A stretch of DNA of 64,000 bases from Tubiluchus corallicola (Eukaryota > Animalia > Priapulida): contig JAQGDQ010001045.1 in NCBI GenBank assembly GCA_030141605.1, positions 3,986 through 67,985 on the forward strand, read 5' to 3'. A model generated the notes under the pieces. That model was not told where the DNA came from. It made no database searches and saw only the letters and a program-made list of their open reading frames with translations. Shown here piece after piece: positions 1-12,370 of this stretch (the stretch's first letter is position 1; each line of letters opens with the position of its first letter). A program made the position numbers and the translations under genes.

Positions 1-1308
1 GCATTATTACACGTAGTGGCGGTTCGTAGCTAAAATTAGTGGGGGTGCTGCATTATTACACGTAGTGGCGGTTCGTAGTTAAAATTAGTGGGGGTGCTGC
101 ATTATTACACGTAGTGGCGGTTCGTAGCTAAAATTAGTGGGGCGTACTATTATTACACGTAGTACGGCTCGTAGCTAAAATTAGTGGGGGTGCTGCATTA
201 TTACACGTAGTGGCGGCTCGTAGTTAAATTAGTGGGGGTGCTGCATTATTACACGTAGTGGCAGCTCGTAGCTAAAATTAGTGGGGGTGCTGCATTATTA
301 CACGTAGTGGCGGCTCGTAGCTAAAATTAGTGGGGGTGCTGCATTATTACACGTAGTGGCGGCTCGTAGCTAAAATTAGTGGGGGTGCTGCATTATTACA
401 CGTAGTGGCGGTCGTAGCTAAAATTAGTGGGGTGCTGCATTATTACACGTAGTGGCGGCTCGTAGCTAAAATTAGTGGGGGTGCTGCATTATTACACGTA
501 GTGGCGGCTCGTAGTTAAAATTAGTGGGGGTGCTGCATTATTACACGTAGTGGCGGCTCGTAGCTAAAATTAGTGGGGGTGCTGCATTATTACACGTAGT
601 GGCGGCTCGTAGCTAAAATTAGTGGGGGTGCTGCATTATTACACGTAGTGGCGGCTCGTAGCTAAAATTAGTGGGGGTGCTGCATTATTACACGTAGTGG
701 CGGTTCGTAGCTAAAATTAGTGGGGGTGCTGCATTATTACACGTAGTGGCGGCTCGTAGCTAAAATTAGTGGGGGTGCTGCATTATTACACGTAGTGGCG
801 GCTCGTAGCTAAAATTAGTGGGGGTGCTGCATTATTACACGGTGGCAGCTAAAATTAGTGGGTGCTGCATTATTACACGTAGTGGCGGTTCGTAGCTAAA
901 ATTAGTGGGGGTGCTGCATTATTACACGTAGTGGCGGCTCATAGCTAAAATTAGTGGGGGTGCTGCATTATTACACGTAGTGGCGGTTCGTAGCAAAACT
1001 CATTATTACACGTGGTCTAGCTAAATTAGTGGGGGTGCTGCATTGTTACACGTAGTGGCAGCTCGTAGCTAAAATTAGTGGGGGTGCTGCATTATTACAC
1101 GTAGTGGCGGTTCGACAAAAATGCATTATTACACGTAGTGGCAGCTCGTGCATTATTACACGTAGTGGCAGCTCGTAGCTAAAATTAGTGGGGGTGCTGC
1201 ATTATTACACGTAGTGGCGGTTCGTAGCTAAAATTAGTGGGGGTGCTGCATTATTACACGTAGTGGCAGCTCGTGCATTATTACACGTAGTGGCAGCTCA
1301 TAGCTAAA
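1..1308. repeat. 49-bp tandem minisatellite (about 26 copies, truncated by window start)
   Basis: Unit GCATTATTACACGTAGTGGCGGCTCGTAGCTAAAATTAGTGGGGGTGCT recurs at 1, 50, 99 etc.; degenerate copies after about 830. Confidence 0.97.
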
Positions 1309-1619
1309 CAAAGAAAATATTTTTTACTCACTAATAGCCTAAATTGTTGCAGTTCAAGCTTGATCGATTCTCAGTAAGCACGTGACAACTGACAACAAAC
1401 TGTGTGAACGACAATACTTTTTCTACCTGGGCTCAGACATGTGCACACAACAGCCACAACACTGGGTTGCAGGAGCGCATTGTGCTGGGCTGTGAACTAA
1501 ACAGTACTAAACTCACTAAAAACTAAAGAAAAAAGACTTATTATATTGAATATTATCGATAATATCGAGTGAAAATTGGGGGTGCTGGAGTTCCACAGTA
1601 CCTATACACGAGCTGCCAC
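1289..1619. mobile_element. Non-autonomous DNA transposon (MITE, hAT-like) whose left end is the amplified 49-bp unit
   Basis: Left GTGGCAGCTCGT is the reverse complement of ACGAGCTGCCAC (1608-1619); subterminal AAAATT..GGGGGTGCTG occurs near both ends. Confidence 0.55.
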
Positions 1620-1690
1620 ATGCTTCTTCGTGATTTTTTAAGTCGTTATCGTTGCCATAGCAACAATTTAGAAAGTGTTTTCCCTTCTAG

Positions 1691-1809
1691 ATGGCTGTTT
1701 GTTAGCGACTGGGGCGAACCGGCAAAGATTGAACGGATCGGAATGAATGGTGAAATGAGAACGAAAATCGTTACAGAGAATATCAGCTGGCCAAATGGAC
1801 TTGCTTTAG
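1691..1809 (+). CDS. VLDLR: LDL-receptor family (VLDLR/LRP8/lipophorin receptor-like), internal exon, YWTD beta-propeller
   Basis: ttctag|A TGG..TTA G|gtgtgt; [39 protein letters not shown](D). Symbol denotes family-level similarity only. Confidence 0.9.
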
Positions 1810-1837
1810 GTGTGTTATACAGTTTCTTAAAGAAAAG

Positions 1838-2859
1838 TTGTCACTTAAACTGTTTGTGGTGTGCTAAAGGAAAGGACAAGTCACTCAGTATGTTAGGTTT
1901 ATTTTACTGTTATCACTTAAACTGTTTGTGGTGTGCTAAAGGAAAGGACAAGTCACTCAGTATGTTAGGTTTATTTTACTATTATCACTTAAACTGTTTG
2001 TGGTGTGCTAGAGGAAAGGACAAGTCACTCAGTATGTTGGGTTTATTTTACTGTTATCACTTAAACTGTTTGTGGTGTGCTAAAGGAAAGGACAAGTCAC
2101 TCAGTATGTTGGGTTTATTTTACTGTTGTCACTTAAACTGTTTGTGGTGTGCTAGAGGAAAGAACAAGTCTCTCAGTGTGTTGTGTTTATTTTACTGTTG
2201 TCACTTAAACTGTTTGTGGTGTGCTAGAGGAAAGAACAAGTCGCTCAGTATGTTGGGTTTATTTTACTGTTGTCACTTGAACAGTTTGTGGTGTGCTAGA
2301 GGAAATGACAAGTCACTCAGTATGTTGGGTTTATTTTACTGTTGTCACTTGAACAGTTTGTGGTGTGCTAGAGGAAAGGACAAGTCACTCAGTATGTTGG
2401 GTTTATTTTACTGTTGTCACTTAAACTGTTTGTGGTGTGCTAGAGGAATGGACAAGTCACTCAGTATGTTGGGTTTATTTTACTGTTGTCACTTAAACTG
2501 TTTGTGGTGTGCTAAAGGAAAGAACAAGTCACTCAGTATGTTGGGTTTATTTTACTGTTATCACTTAAACTGTTTGTGGTGTGCTAAAGGAAAGAACAAG
2601 TCACTCAGTATGTTGGGTTTATTTTACTGTTGTCACTTAAACTGTTTGTGGTGTGCTAAAGGAAAGAACAAGTCACTCAGTATGTTGGGTTTATTTTACT
2701 GTCATCACTTAAACTGTTTGTGGTGTGCTAAAGGAAAGAACAGGTCACTCAGTATGTTGGGTTTATTTTACTGTTGTCACTTAAACTGTTTGTGGTGTGC
2801 TAAAGGAAAGGACAAGTCACTCAGTATGTTGGGTTTATTTTACTGTTGTCACTTAAACT
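1838..2859. repeat. 72-bp tandem minisatellite (about 14 copies), intronic
   Basis: TCACTTAAAC at 1841, 1913 etc.; produces the 24-aa periodic ORF 1569-2930. Confidence 0.97.
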
Positions 2860-3330
2860 TAGAAAGATATAATGAAGAAATTTGCAAAGAACTGCCTATA
2901 AAGCATAAATTTAAAATAAACTACCTCTGAATAGAAATGTTCAGGCGTAATGGTGCTGCCATTCACTTGAAAATCATGACGTAACTGGGAGACTTCGTGA
3001 CTCTTCGTAAACGCTCGTTGCTTAAACTAACTCAGACTTCTGCAGCTTACCTAATGGTCATGCAAAAATATTACAAAATTAGCTATCTCATTTTTTTGTC
3101 AAAACTGATTATACTTTTGATGAAGATAGGCAGTGCGCTACTTTTCTTCAAGACGAATGACGTCATTGGAAGAAGAATGGGCATTGAAAATGGCAGTCTC
3201 CAAGCATGAAGTGATCGCGACTTTAAAGTGATTTTACTAATTACACGAAGCGCTTATTGCAGTTTTATTACTAAATCCTTCTAACATTGAAATAAGCTGA
3301 ACTTCCCAGAAAACTTGACTTTTCCTTTAA
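2801..3330. mobile_element. TTAA-flanked non-autonomous DNA transposon (Kolobok-like)
   Basis: Left TAAAGGAAAGGACAAGT, right ACTTGACTTTTCCTTTAA (ends 3330); inverted homologous copy at about 28440-28640. Confidence 0.6.
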
Positions 3331-3637
3331 CACATGAATGATTGTTGCGTTCAGGTTTTTCAGTCTTTTCAGTTTTATTTTTTTATGCATTTGGGGAAGC
3401 TGCGATCCATTGCCCAGGGTCTGTTTAATGTTGATGTTCGTGGCAGAGCCTGGTTCACACTTACGGCTAACTTTCTCAGCTTAGTCACTGAATCAGGAAC
3501 AATGTGACTACTCGGTTATGGCTCCTCCCCACCTCCAACAATTACACGTTTTGTGATAACTATGAATTTCTGCTGTGCCAGGGACCATCATCGTGTTACA
3601 CGCTGCCATCTAGCGAGTGAATTTTCAACATTTTCAG

Positions 3638-3777
3638 ATTACGTCAAGAAACGCGTGTACTGGGTCGATGCGAAACTCAACATGCTGGCTTCGGTTGATT
3701 TCAACGGTCAACACGCGAGGACAGTTTTAACTGACCAGGGAGTCTTGCAACATCCGTTCTCCGTCACCGTGTTTGAG
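3638..3777 (+). CDS. VLDLR: VLDLR/LpR-like internal exon (YWTD repeat)
   Basis: tttcag|AT TAC..GAG|gtacgt; (D)YVKKRVYWVDAKLNMLASVDFNG..QHPFSVTVFE; phase matches previous exon. Confidence 0.92.
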
Positions 3778-4090
3778 GTACGTAAAACAAACCTGTAGCA
3801 TGTAACCGAGATATAAAGATGTAAATACAAAACACAATGACGTCCCGCCATCTAGCTGTCAGCTAGTGAAACAACAGATTCTGCGGGACTTTTAACGGTC
3901 CAGATTTTGTCCGATTTATCCGATATCCGTAAAAGCGAGGTCCGGCAAACCGAGAGTGTTCAATTTTTTGGGGAGATGTACTTGAACATTTCCTTTTCTT
4001 AGATTCACAGAAAATGTACGGAGGAGCCTCTTTCATCTTTCTTGTCCTTTTTATGAATGATAGCATTTAGTAGTTCCTGTTTTTTTTACT

Positions 4091-5012
4091 TAACTAAGAA
4101 AATGAACTGACGTATACTTACATTAACTAAGAAAACGAACTAACGTATACTTACATTAACTAAGAAAACGAACTAACGTATACTTACATTAACTAAGAAA
4201 ACGAACTGACGTATACTTACATTAACTAATAAAACGAACAGACGTATACTTACATTAACTAAGAAAACGAACTGACGTATACTTACATTAACTAAGAAAA
4301 CGAACTGACGTATACTTACATTAACTAAGAAAACGAACTGACGTATACTTACATTAACTAAGAAAACGAACTGACGTATACTTACATTAACTAAGAAAAC
4401 GAACTGACGTATACTTACATTAACTAAGAAAACGAACTAACGTATACTTACATTAACTAAGAAAATAAACTAATCTATACTTACATTAACTAAGAAAACG
4501 AACTGACGTATACTTACATTAACTAAGAAAACGAACTAACGTATGCTTACATTAACTAAGAAAACGAACTAACGTATACTTACATTAACTAAGAAAACGA
4601 ACTGACGTATACTTACATTAACTAAGAAAACGAACTGACGTATACTTACATTAACTAAGAAAACGAACTGACGTATACTTACATTAACTAAGAAAACGAA
4701 CTAACGTATACTTACATTAACTAAGAAAATAAACTAATCTATACTTACATTAACTAAGAAAACGAACTGACGTATACTTACATTAACTAAGAAAACGAAC
4801 TAACGTATACTTACATTAACTAAGAAAATAAACTAATCTATACTTACATTAACTAAGAAAACGAACTGACGTATACTTACATTAACTAAGAAAACGAACT
4901 AACGTATACTTACATTAACTAAGAAAACGAACTAACGTATACTTACATTAACTAAGAAAATGAACTAACGTATACTTACATTAACTAAGAAAATAAACTA
5001 ATCTATACTTAC
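4091..5012. repeat. 33-bp tandem minisatellite (about 28 copies) abutting a 3' splice site
   Basis: Unit TAACTAAGAAAACGAACTRACGTATACTTACAT; ends about 10 nt before the AG at 5022-5023. Confidence 0.97.
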
Positions 5013-5023
5013 AATTTCAACAG

Positions 5024-5656
5024 GATACGCTATACTTTACTGACTGGGAAACGGAATCTCTTCACACGGTGAATAAATTCACCGGACAGGACAAGAACGA
5101 CCTCGCGCTGGGTCTCCTGCAACCGATGGACTTGCAGGTCTTCCACGAGCAGCGACAGCCTCCCGTCATCAACAGGTGCGAATCCGGATACGTCAAAAAT
5201 GGAGGTTGTTCTCATCTGTGCCTGCCGACGCCGCGACAGGGGATGGCGCAGCGACAGGGGTACACGTGCCACTGCCCTGACGGAATGATGATGATGAGAA
5301 ACAGGCGAACGTGTATGAACCCGAGTAAGTCATCGACAACGACCACGACTACGTCCGCCACGACGACGACCGCGACTTCCTCCGCCACGACGACCTCGAT
5401 TTCCTCGTCTTCAACATCGTTCACGACTACCAGCTCTTCCGAACCGCCGCTGAGGGGGCACGCCGCGCCGACGACGTTCAACAAGTCGGCGCCGTACGTC
5501 GAGAAGCCAGCGTTCACTACCACGCAGGGACCGAACGAGACGTCGCTACGTCACGGCGTGTCGGAGAACCAAGGAACCGTCTTAACGGGAAGCCACGGAA
5601 AGATTGCCGGTATTGCCATCGGTATTGTCACTGGCATTATAATTATAATAGCTGTG
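5024..5656 (+). CDS. VLDLR: VLDLR/LpR-like exon: last YWTD, EGF-like domain, Ser/Thr-rich O-glycosylation stalk, start of TM helix
   Basis: caacag|GAT..GTG|gtgagt; DTLYFTDWE..NGGCSHLCLPTP..YTCHCPDG..poly S/T..IAGIAIGIVTGIIIIIAV. Confidence 0.92.
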
Positions 5657-6153
5657 GTGAGTCTCCATTATTATTACCAAGGTCAGTTTGTCAGTGTAGA
5701 ATTGCTTGAATTTTACGTTACTGTTGCTACTCCTTCTGGAAGCTGCAACCATGGAAACTGCCTGTTAAATGAGTTTCATAAAACAGTCACAAGATGGCGC
5801 TATCATATTTTCTGTACCTTGTAATCTCCAGTAATTGTTGGGCATTACGCTACGCTGTAGTTTGTAGTATTGATTATAATATAGCAGCCGTCGTAGCGCT
5901 GGCAACAAGACTTCATTGATTGTACTTGGCCTGTAAAGATACATGGAGGTGTTTTTACTACAAGACGCATGTCGCCGGCGTCTCGATAATCTGAGTTGGT
6001 GATATTTAGGAAATTAGCAAGAGCCTGACCATGCTGATAAAAGTGATGTGGAGCAATTCACGCTGTAGCTGTAGAGTTTACTGTAGATACGTAACACACG
6101 ATACTAAACTAATGCTCCGTTCACACTACACTCACTCTGACTGCATTTTTTAG

Positions 6154-6294
6154 ATCGGGTTCCTAGTACGAAGGTGGTACATCAAGAAGAACGTAAAGAG
6201 TATGAACTTCGACAATCCCGTTTATCGTAAGACGACAGAAGAGCAAGTGAACTTGGAGAAAAGGCAGTATACACCTCAAAAAACTTTTAATCCT
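6154..6294 (+). CDS. VLDLR: VLDLR/LpR-like exon: TM end and cytoplasmic FDNPVY endocytosis motif
   Basis: ttttag|ATC..CCT|gtaagt; IGFLVRRWYIKKNVKSMNFDNPVYRKTTEE..TFNP; absent from the ORF track. Confidence 0.95.
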
Positions 6295-6702
6295 GTAAGT
6301 ATTACACTGGCTTCGTCACACTGGCGTCTTATTCGCAAAAATAATCCGTTCCCGAAAGCAGGTTTTAACTAGTTTTCCTTCTTGTGTCACGTTCACACTA
6401 GAAGAATTTTACACTCTCTTGTCCGTTCACATAGTCGCTTATTGCTAAAAACAGTTTTGTACTAAAATGAGTGGCATGTAAAAATAGGAAACTTTTTATA
6501 CAGACTATAGCCTAAGTTGAAAATAATGTTATATAGTGACAACCGAGTTTTTTCTGAAAGGGAAGAAATTTCGAGTGCTGATGCGAATGGCATTACTTTA
6601 CCCTAAGATAGATGGCAGATTTTAGTTTTATGTTTCAAACTTAAACGAGGTCAACACTACGCAATAATAATCTGTTTATTGTTTGTTTTTCATGGAATTC
6701 AG

Positions 6703-6711
6703 GAGACTAAA
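6703..6711 (+). CDS. Candidate 9-nt microexon (ETK) of the receptor tail
   Basis: T-rich tract..ttcag|GAGACTAAA|gtgagt; phase 0-0. Confidence 0.5.
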
Positions 6712-6770
6712 GTGAGTCGTTGGTGTCATAATTTGTGTCTCTTTATTTATTTCATTTCTTTCCGTCGCAG

Positions 6771-6791
6771 TCGAACGTTAAGCTACTTTAA
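6771..6791 (+). CDS. Candidate alternative terminal coding exon (SNVKLL*)
   Basis: Long pyrimidine tract ..ctttccgtcgcag|TCG AAC GTT AAG CTA CTT TAA; phase 0. Confidence 0.45.
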   Translation, partial: SNVKLL

Positions 6792-6926
6792 CGACATCGA
6801 CTCATTCAAATTGTCGACGTAGCAGACGGATCATTCTGTGTGTGACCGTGTTGCGCATGACTGTTTGCCTGTCTGTCGCCATTCCACGACGTCGACTGAC
6901 TTATTTTCGTCGTGACGTTTATTTGC

Positions 6927-7045
6927 GGGTGTCGTTACGTGCGGGGCTCGGGTGTCGTTACGTGCGGGGCTCGGGTGTCGTTACGTGCGGGGCTCGGGTG
7001 TCGTTACGTGCGGGGCTCGGGGTGTCGTTACGTGCGGGGTTCGGG
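6927..7045. repeat. 23-bp GC-rich tandem repeat (about 5 copies)
   Basis: Unit GGGTGTCGTTACGTGCGGGGCTC. Confidence 0.93.
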
Positions 7046-7439
7046 TTCTGCTTTACGAAAATGTTGTAATTTCCACTTGGTGTTGTCTGTGGCAGTGTTT
7101 GTTTTAAACCACGGGGCATTTCAGCGTGTGCTTGCATGGCGAAATTATTTTATCCCCAATAGCGTCTATTACTAGTAAGCTGATGAAGAGAACAATGACG
7201 TCATTTGCAGTAGAATTTTTTTGTTAATGATATTGTGAGTTTTTTTTTGTAGTAAAATTCTTTACCTTGCCAGTGTTGTGTCGTATTGTGGCATAATCTT
7301 CGAATACGTTTTTCGAAGAAGTTTTATTTAATACACAACTCTTTACGGGTTATAAAGGGTGGTGTGAAACCCCGTTTTTCTAATGACTTCATCCTGTTAT
7401 TGCTATCATGTGAGCAAAGCTTAAGAAATTTCTGTTTAG

Positions 7440-7954
7440 TTAAAGGAAAACTGGATGATTGTGTAAACACGAGTTCAGAATAAAGAATTCTCTAGCTTAC
7501 ATTAAATAATAATTACCTCGGATACTCAAATTTCGTTAAACTTTCAAAGCTACGTGCAGTTCAGTGAATCTACTAAGATTGGCAGCGGCGCCTTTTTGTC
7601 ACATTCGCCTGGCCAACATATAGAAGGTGGTACCGTGATAAGCATGATCATGAACTGCAGTGTTAGTTTCTGATGTCACATGATGTAGAGCCCATTTTCG
7701 TGACATTCAGCATTTAAGCAGTACTGTAACACTTACGCAAACAAGACTCGCAAAGGAAGACTCCTGCCATTGCACAAACTCTGGTTAGTTTCTGACGTAA
7801 GCAATAGCCGTGTTCGGTTGTCGTTAATTAATTTTCTAAGCTAATTATTCAAATATAAGAAACAATTGTTAACTTTTATAGGCAAGAAAATGTATAATTT
7901 GGACAGTAAATTAAAATGACATGGAGTCTAAACAATCGTCCGTTTTTCCTTTAA
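7440..7954. mobile_element. Kolobok-like MITE, family B (further copies about 43300-43720, 44870-45392 inverted, 54225-54492 inverted)
   Basis: TTAA|AGGAAAACTGGATGATTGTGTAAACAC ... AAACAATCGTCCGTTTTTCCT|TTAA imperfect TIRs; shared core CCTCGGATACTCAAATTT..TAAACTTTCAAAG in all copies. Confidence 0.8.
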
Positions 7955-8112
7955 GAAGTCGGATTTCACGTCTGTGATGAGTCATCCTGCCCTAGTGCGA
8001 ACTTGTAAGGAGGCTTCTCATTGGTCGGGACACTATTAGTACACCCCCATTGTGTTTTTTAAACTGTGCAGGAGTCATTCTTTATCATAACAATTTCTTC
8101 TTTTATTTTCAG

Positions 8113-8157
8113 ACACTAGAACCTCTAAATTCTCCGGGCACAAACGACTTCGTATAA
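8113..8157 (+). CDS. VLDLR: VLDLR/LpR-like terminal coding exon (TLEPLNSPGTNDFV*)
   Basis: ttttattttcag|ACA..GTA TAA; resembles the EPL.PGTN.(Y/F)V C-terminus I recall from insect lipophorin receptors. Confidence 0.8.
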   Translation, partial: TLEPLNSPGTNDFV

Positions 8158-8512
8158 CGCACGCTCGTCCGCTTAGTCAAGTGATACAACGATTGTACAG
8201 CCGTCGCCGTTTCGGACAATTTGCCGCTCTTATTTATTAACAGCTTAGCTTGATGGCAAACTTGTGTACATAGTGATGAATTTCATTTGAGTTTGTTGTG
8301 AATATTGAGTGAGTGACACGCTGTAAATAGGCCGTAAACGTCGTCGTCGTCGTCGTCAAATCACGCGGTGCTGCTGTGCATTACATGTAACCAGCCTAGC
8401 CTCAGAACGGCCTTCCTCCGATGCTTAGCTTTGAAGACGATTGTGCACATCAGAATGCGGGAAAAAATATTGACGAATTCCGAGTTGGGAAGAGGCACGT
8501 CTTTCCCTCGTT

Positions 8513-8804
8513 CCTGCTTGAGTATTCGAGAACGGGATGATTAGTCGCTAGCATCCTGCTTGAGTGTTCCAGAACGGGATGATTAGTCGCTAGCATCCTG
8601 CTTGAGTATTCGAGAACGGGATGATTAGTCGCTAGCATCCTGCTTGAGTGTTCCAGAACGGGATGATTAGTCGCTAGCATCCTGCTTGAGTATTCGAGAA
8701 CGGGATGATTAGTCGCTAGCATGCTGCTTGAGTGTTCCAGAACGGGATGATTAGTCGCTAGCATCCTGCTTGAGTATTCCAGAACGGGATGATTAGTCGC
8801 TAGC
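8513..8804. repeat. 42-bp tandem repeat (7 copies, alternating A/B variants) in probable 3' UTR
   Basis: Unit CCTGCTTGAGTRTTCSAGAACGGGATGATTAGTCGCTAGCAT. Confidence 0.95.
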
Positions 8805-11058
8805 AGTGATTGTCCATTTGAGATAGTGCCAACGGCGACGGATACAAGCTCAGAGCGGACCGTGCGGTGCGCCACCTTGGGTGAGACTCGAAGTATCCGT
8901 CGTCGTTTACTGGGTTTGAATCGAAGGAGGATAAACAATCTTCTGTTTCCTTGTTCTTCGTGCATTTAGCGGATTCCCCGTCGCTCTCAACGTCGATCAT
9001 TGGCTTAGTGGGCACTGATTGCTGTCCGAACATTACATGTTTGCGGAGCGTAGATTCCGCGGGAGCTGCTGAACATCGCTTTGCCATTGCCGTTCCCCGT
9101 GTGAGCTTGACTTTAGCACATAAATTTGGCAGCTGCAACGTTCGTTCATTTCTTAACTTATACACGTACGACTTTGGTGCTTAGGCGGCGGGTAGATCGG
9201 ATGCTGCGCACGACGTCAGACATTTATACAGTTGTGACAAACTATTGTTCTTGTTTAAGTTGTTTGTTTACGATGATTTGTAAATATGACTTTTGTTTGT
9301 GTTTATTTTTGCGAGTGAAGTATTACGTACGAACCGGTGTGGTAGAGTTAGCATACGTTCATTTAAACGCAGGACATTGTAGCTCAAATTTTAAGCGTTC
9401 GCTTATTTTCTAGGTACCGTTACTGCCACACTCTGGCTGCATAATAGCTGCTGTACATTTTTGCTTTAAATGTAGTAAGTATTTTAAGATGATTTGCTGT
9501 GTTAAAGCGATTCAGCATAGTTAGGTCTGTGATCATTCGTTTCGTGGCCAAAACTCTCTTAAATGGTCTACTGTCGTTGTTTCTTCATTGTTTATATCAG
9601 GGAGCGTGTAAATATGTAGACAATGCCATGCGAAGAGTATTAGCCTTGGGCACTTATTAATGCATAGTTCTTTTTCTGTTGGGTTTTTATACCGATTACT
9701 GAAACTGGAGATGGTGGGGCCATCTACGGGTGACCGATAGAGTTACTCTCTAGCAAAGAGTCGTACCGTTGTGACACGGTTGGTTTTGCGCTACGAAAAT
9801 TGACGATTTCTGCAGTAAATTTTATGGTGACTGATTTAGTTTAATTAATTAATTATAAATGTGGTAAAAATTAAAAAAGAAAATGAAAATTTCTGCAAGA
9901 AAGTAGAAAAGAATCTCACTGACAACGAAAAATCTGGATTGACAGCAAGCTGGTAGGGTAAATCATCGACTCCATGTGCGCGTAATGCATGATCTGATCC
10001 GTAATGCTTGATGCGTATTGACTGGATCCACGTGTCCGTAAACATATTAACAAACACACGGCGTTCTTTCCTCCATTTGTGAAAATTTTAAGCAATAATT
10101 TTTGGAAATCACGTCACAGTTGTAGCACTTACTTATTATTGCACTATTAGACAGAAAAGAAAGCAAAGGTTTTGGGTGCACAGCATTTAGCAGTGGAGAA
10201 AACAATATGGCAGGCATCATTGTTTAGTGAAAGAACTACAGTTAGATGCACAACACGTAACATGATTCTTACACCTCTCAAAAACTCAAATAGAAACAAT
10301 ATTATTGTTTACAGGTCCTAAAGCGACCAAAACTCTCCTAACTAGAATTTTAAAAAGCTAAACAGTGAAAATGGTCACCGGAAACTTGAAAACTCTCTAT
10401 AATTGCCTGCGTAATGCATATTTGGACGATAGTGATCACGTTTAAATGAATGCAGATCACGCATTACGAATTACGGAAACACGGAAACACTTTTACATGT
10501 TTAAATACAAACTGTTTTATACGTGTCACGCATTATGCACACGTGGAGTCGTACCTTAAACAGTGTGTAACGCGCGTCAGGACTTTCTTTTGACAAGCAT
10601 TGTCATTGTAGACAAGACTTGAACTCGCGTTTAAACGTGAACTACATTATCCTAACGAACTTTGCTGTTTAGTGACCACACTTACACAACGTGCAAGTCG
10701 GTTTCGAGACGCTGTCACGCAAGCGACACTCGCGACGCTCGCTGGCGGATGATTGTATGCTACGGCACTCGGCTCGTGTGCATGCCACGCGACCGCCCAA
10801 TGACGTATACACAAAACCCTGACGTAATCTCTAATGCATGTTTAAACTTTCTAACCTACAAACTCTATGCTTTACGTAGAATGTAAAATTATTGATTTTC
10901 CGATGACGACCGTTTCATTTTAAAGGTTGTAAGTTTTGTAAAGCAGAAGCCTGTAACATTGGAATCAGTTGTAAACCTGGCGTTGTATGTAAAAAAGATT
11001 CTGGTGTTTAGTACTATGTAATATATATATCATTGCATCAATAGGTAAGATAGATAAG

Positions 11059-11064
11059 AATAAA
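11059..11064 (+). promoter_or_regulatory. Candidate polyadenylation signal of the receptor gene
   Basis: AATAAA followed by T/GT-rich sequence about 2.9 kb after the stop codon. Confidence 0.35.
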
Positions 11065-11473
11065 GTTTCTTAGCAAACACTATTTTGCTTCAGGTTTTCA
11101 GCACCCTGCTCTGTACAGAGTGTTTGAATTGTGTTAATATTTAACGTGGTTGTGAAACTGGCAAGCATGTAAATCTATACTGTACACTAGTCTCGTGTGT
11201 ATGCTTATGTATGATAAGTTTCATTTTATTCATTTCTGTTCAAGTTTTTTCACATGTTGTGTGATGTTATAATACAATATAAATATGTGTCTTCTGTAGC
11301 TTATGGGTTACTGTGTTTTTATTTATGTTTATGAAAACCAATGTGAAAAATTGGTCCTTGAAATGCGATAACCAAAGTAGTTATCCTAGATACGAGCACA
11401 TGTCTTTAGGTTGTACTGAAGCATATCGCTAAGGAGCATCCGACCAGCAAGTGGCACCTGGCAATTGTTAGTA

Positions 11474-11673
11474 CAGGGTCGGGGCCTTAGTGATTGGAGG
11501 CCCTAGGCGAAGTAAATTTGGTGGCCCCAAATGAAATAGAAAAATAAATACGAAAAAAATAAAATTACACAATTTATTAAAAACTATAATGTACGTTACC
11601 TCAGCGTGAGGCCCCCCTGGAGGGTGAGGCCCTAGGCGGTTGCCTAGTTTGCCTATGCTTAAGGCCGGCCCTG
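11474..11673. mobile_element. Short hAT-like MITE
   Basis: CAGGGTCGGGGCCTTAG ... TTAAGGCCGGCCCTG TIRs; GTTAGTA on both flanks. Confidence 0.7.
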
Positions 11674-12370
11674 GTGGTTAGTATATGTAGTTTGTACTAG
11701 AGAGAAAAGAATTATGTAATAAATGTGAATAAGGAAAAGTCAGGTAGGTCAGTAAGAACAGGATAGCGCTAAAAAACAGTTTGGAGAAAGAGGGTCATGG
11801 GAGTAGGTTTACATATTATAGTTTTAGTTTTTTGAGAGGTGATTATATTCTCATGTTTGCAGGAGTGTAATTGTAATCATAAATTAGTTTGTATTAATGG
11901 AGAAAATTTTTGTAAAGGTATAGTTATGATATTTTGCAAAGAATATGTTATGAAAGGAGTAAGGAAGACAAAAAACAAATACAAATACAGGTTTTTTGGA
12001 GTCATCAGGAGGAACTTGAGAGTCGAGTTTCGGCTGCTACTCTGGTGTTTTTATTCCACTGACAAACTGCCACTGATTTAAGAAATTAAAGGCGAGCGGG
12101 GGTCATAACTGAGTGGTCTCGCTTCTATGCTGGACTGTTACGTGCTCACTCTTTACAGTTTCGTAAACCTTTGTTTGCTGCACCAATCGTGGCTGTTTTC
12201 CTTGTGAGGGAGAGAGGTGTTCGCGTGCAAAAGTCGAGCGAGACGCCTTGGCTGGTTCAGTGACTCTTCTTAGACACCTATCCTAAATCTATCTAAGTTT
12301 ATCTTGCTTATATATATGTACATCGTACATGTAACAAATTCAGTTTACTGATGACCACGTGAGACAGAGT

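Noticed and set aside
1569-2930. 453-aa Cys-rich repeat ORF
   Set aside because: Only 1691-1809 is exon; the rest is a 72-bp intronic minisatellite read through a GT donor.
8450-9184. ORFs of 171 and 121 aa on the minus strand
   Set aside because: Largely the 42-bp repeat within the probable receptor 3' UTR; no family similarity.
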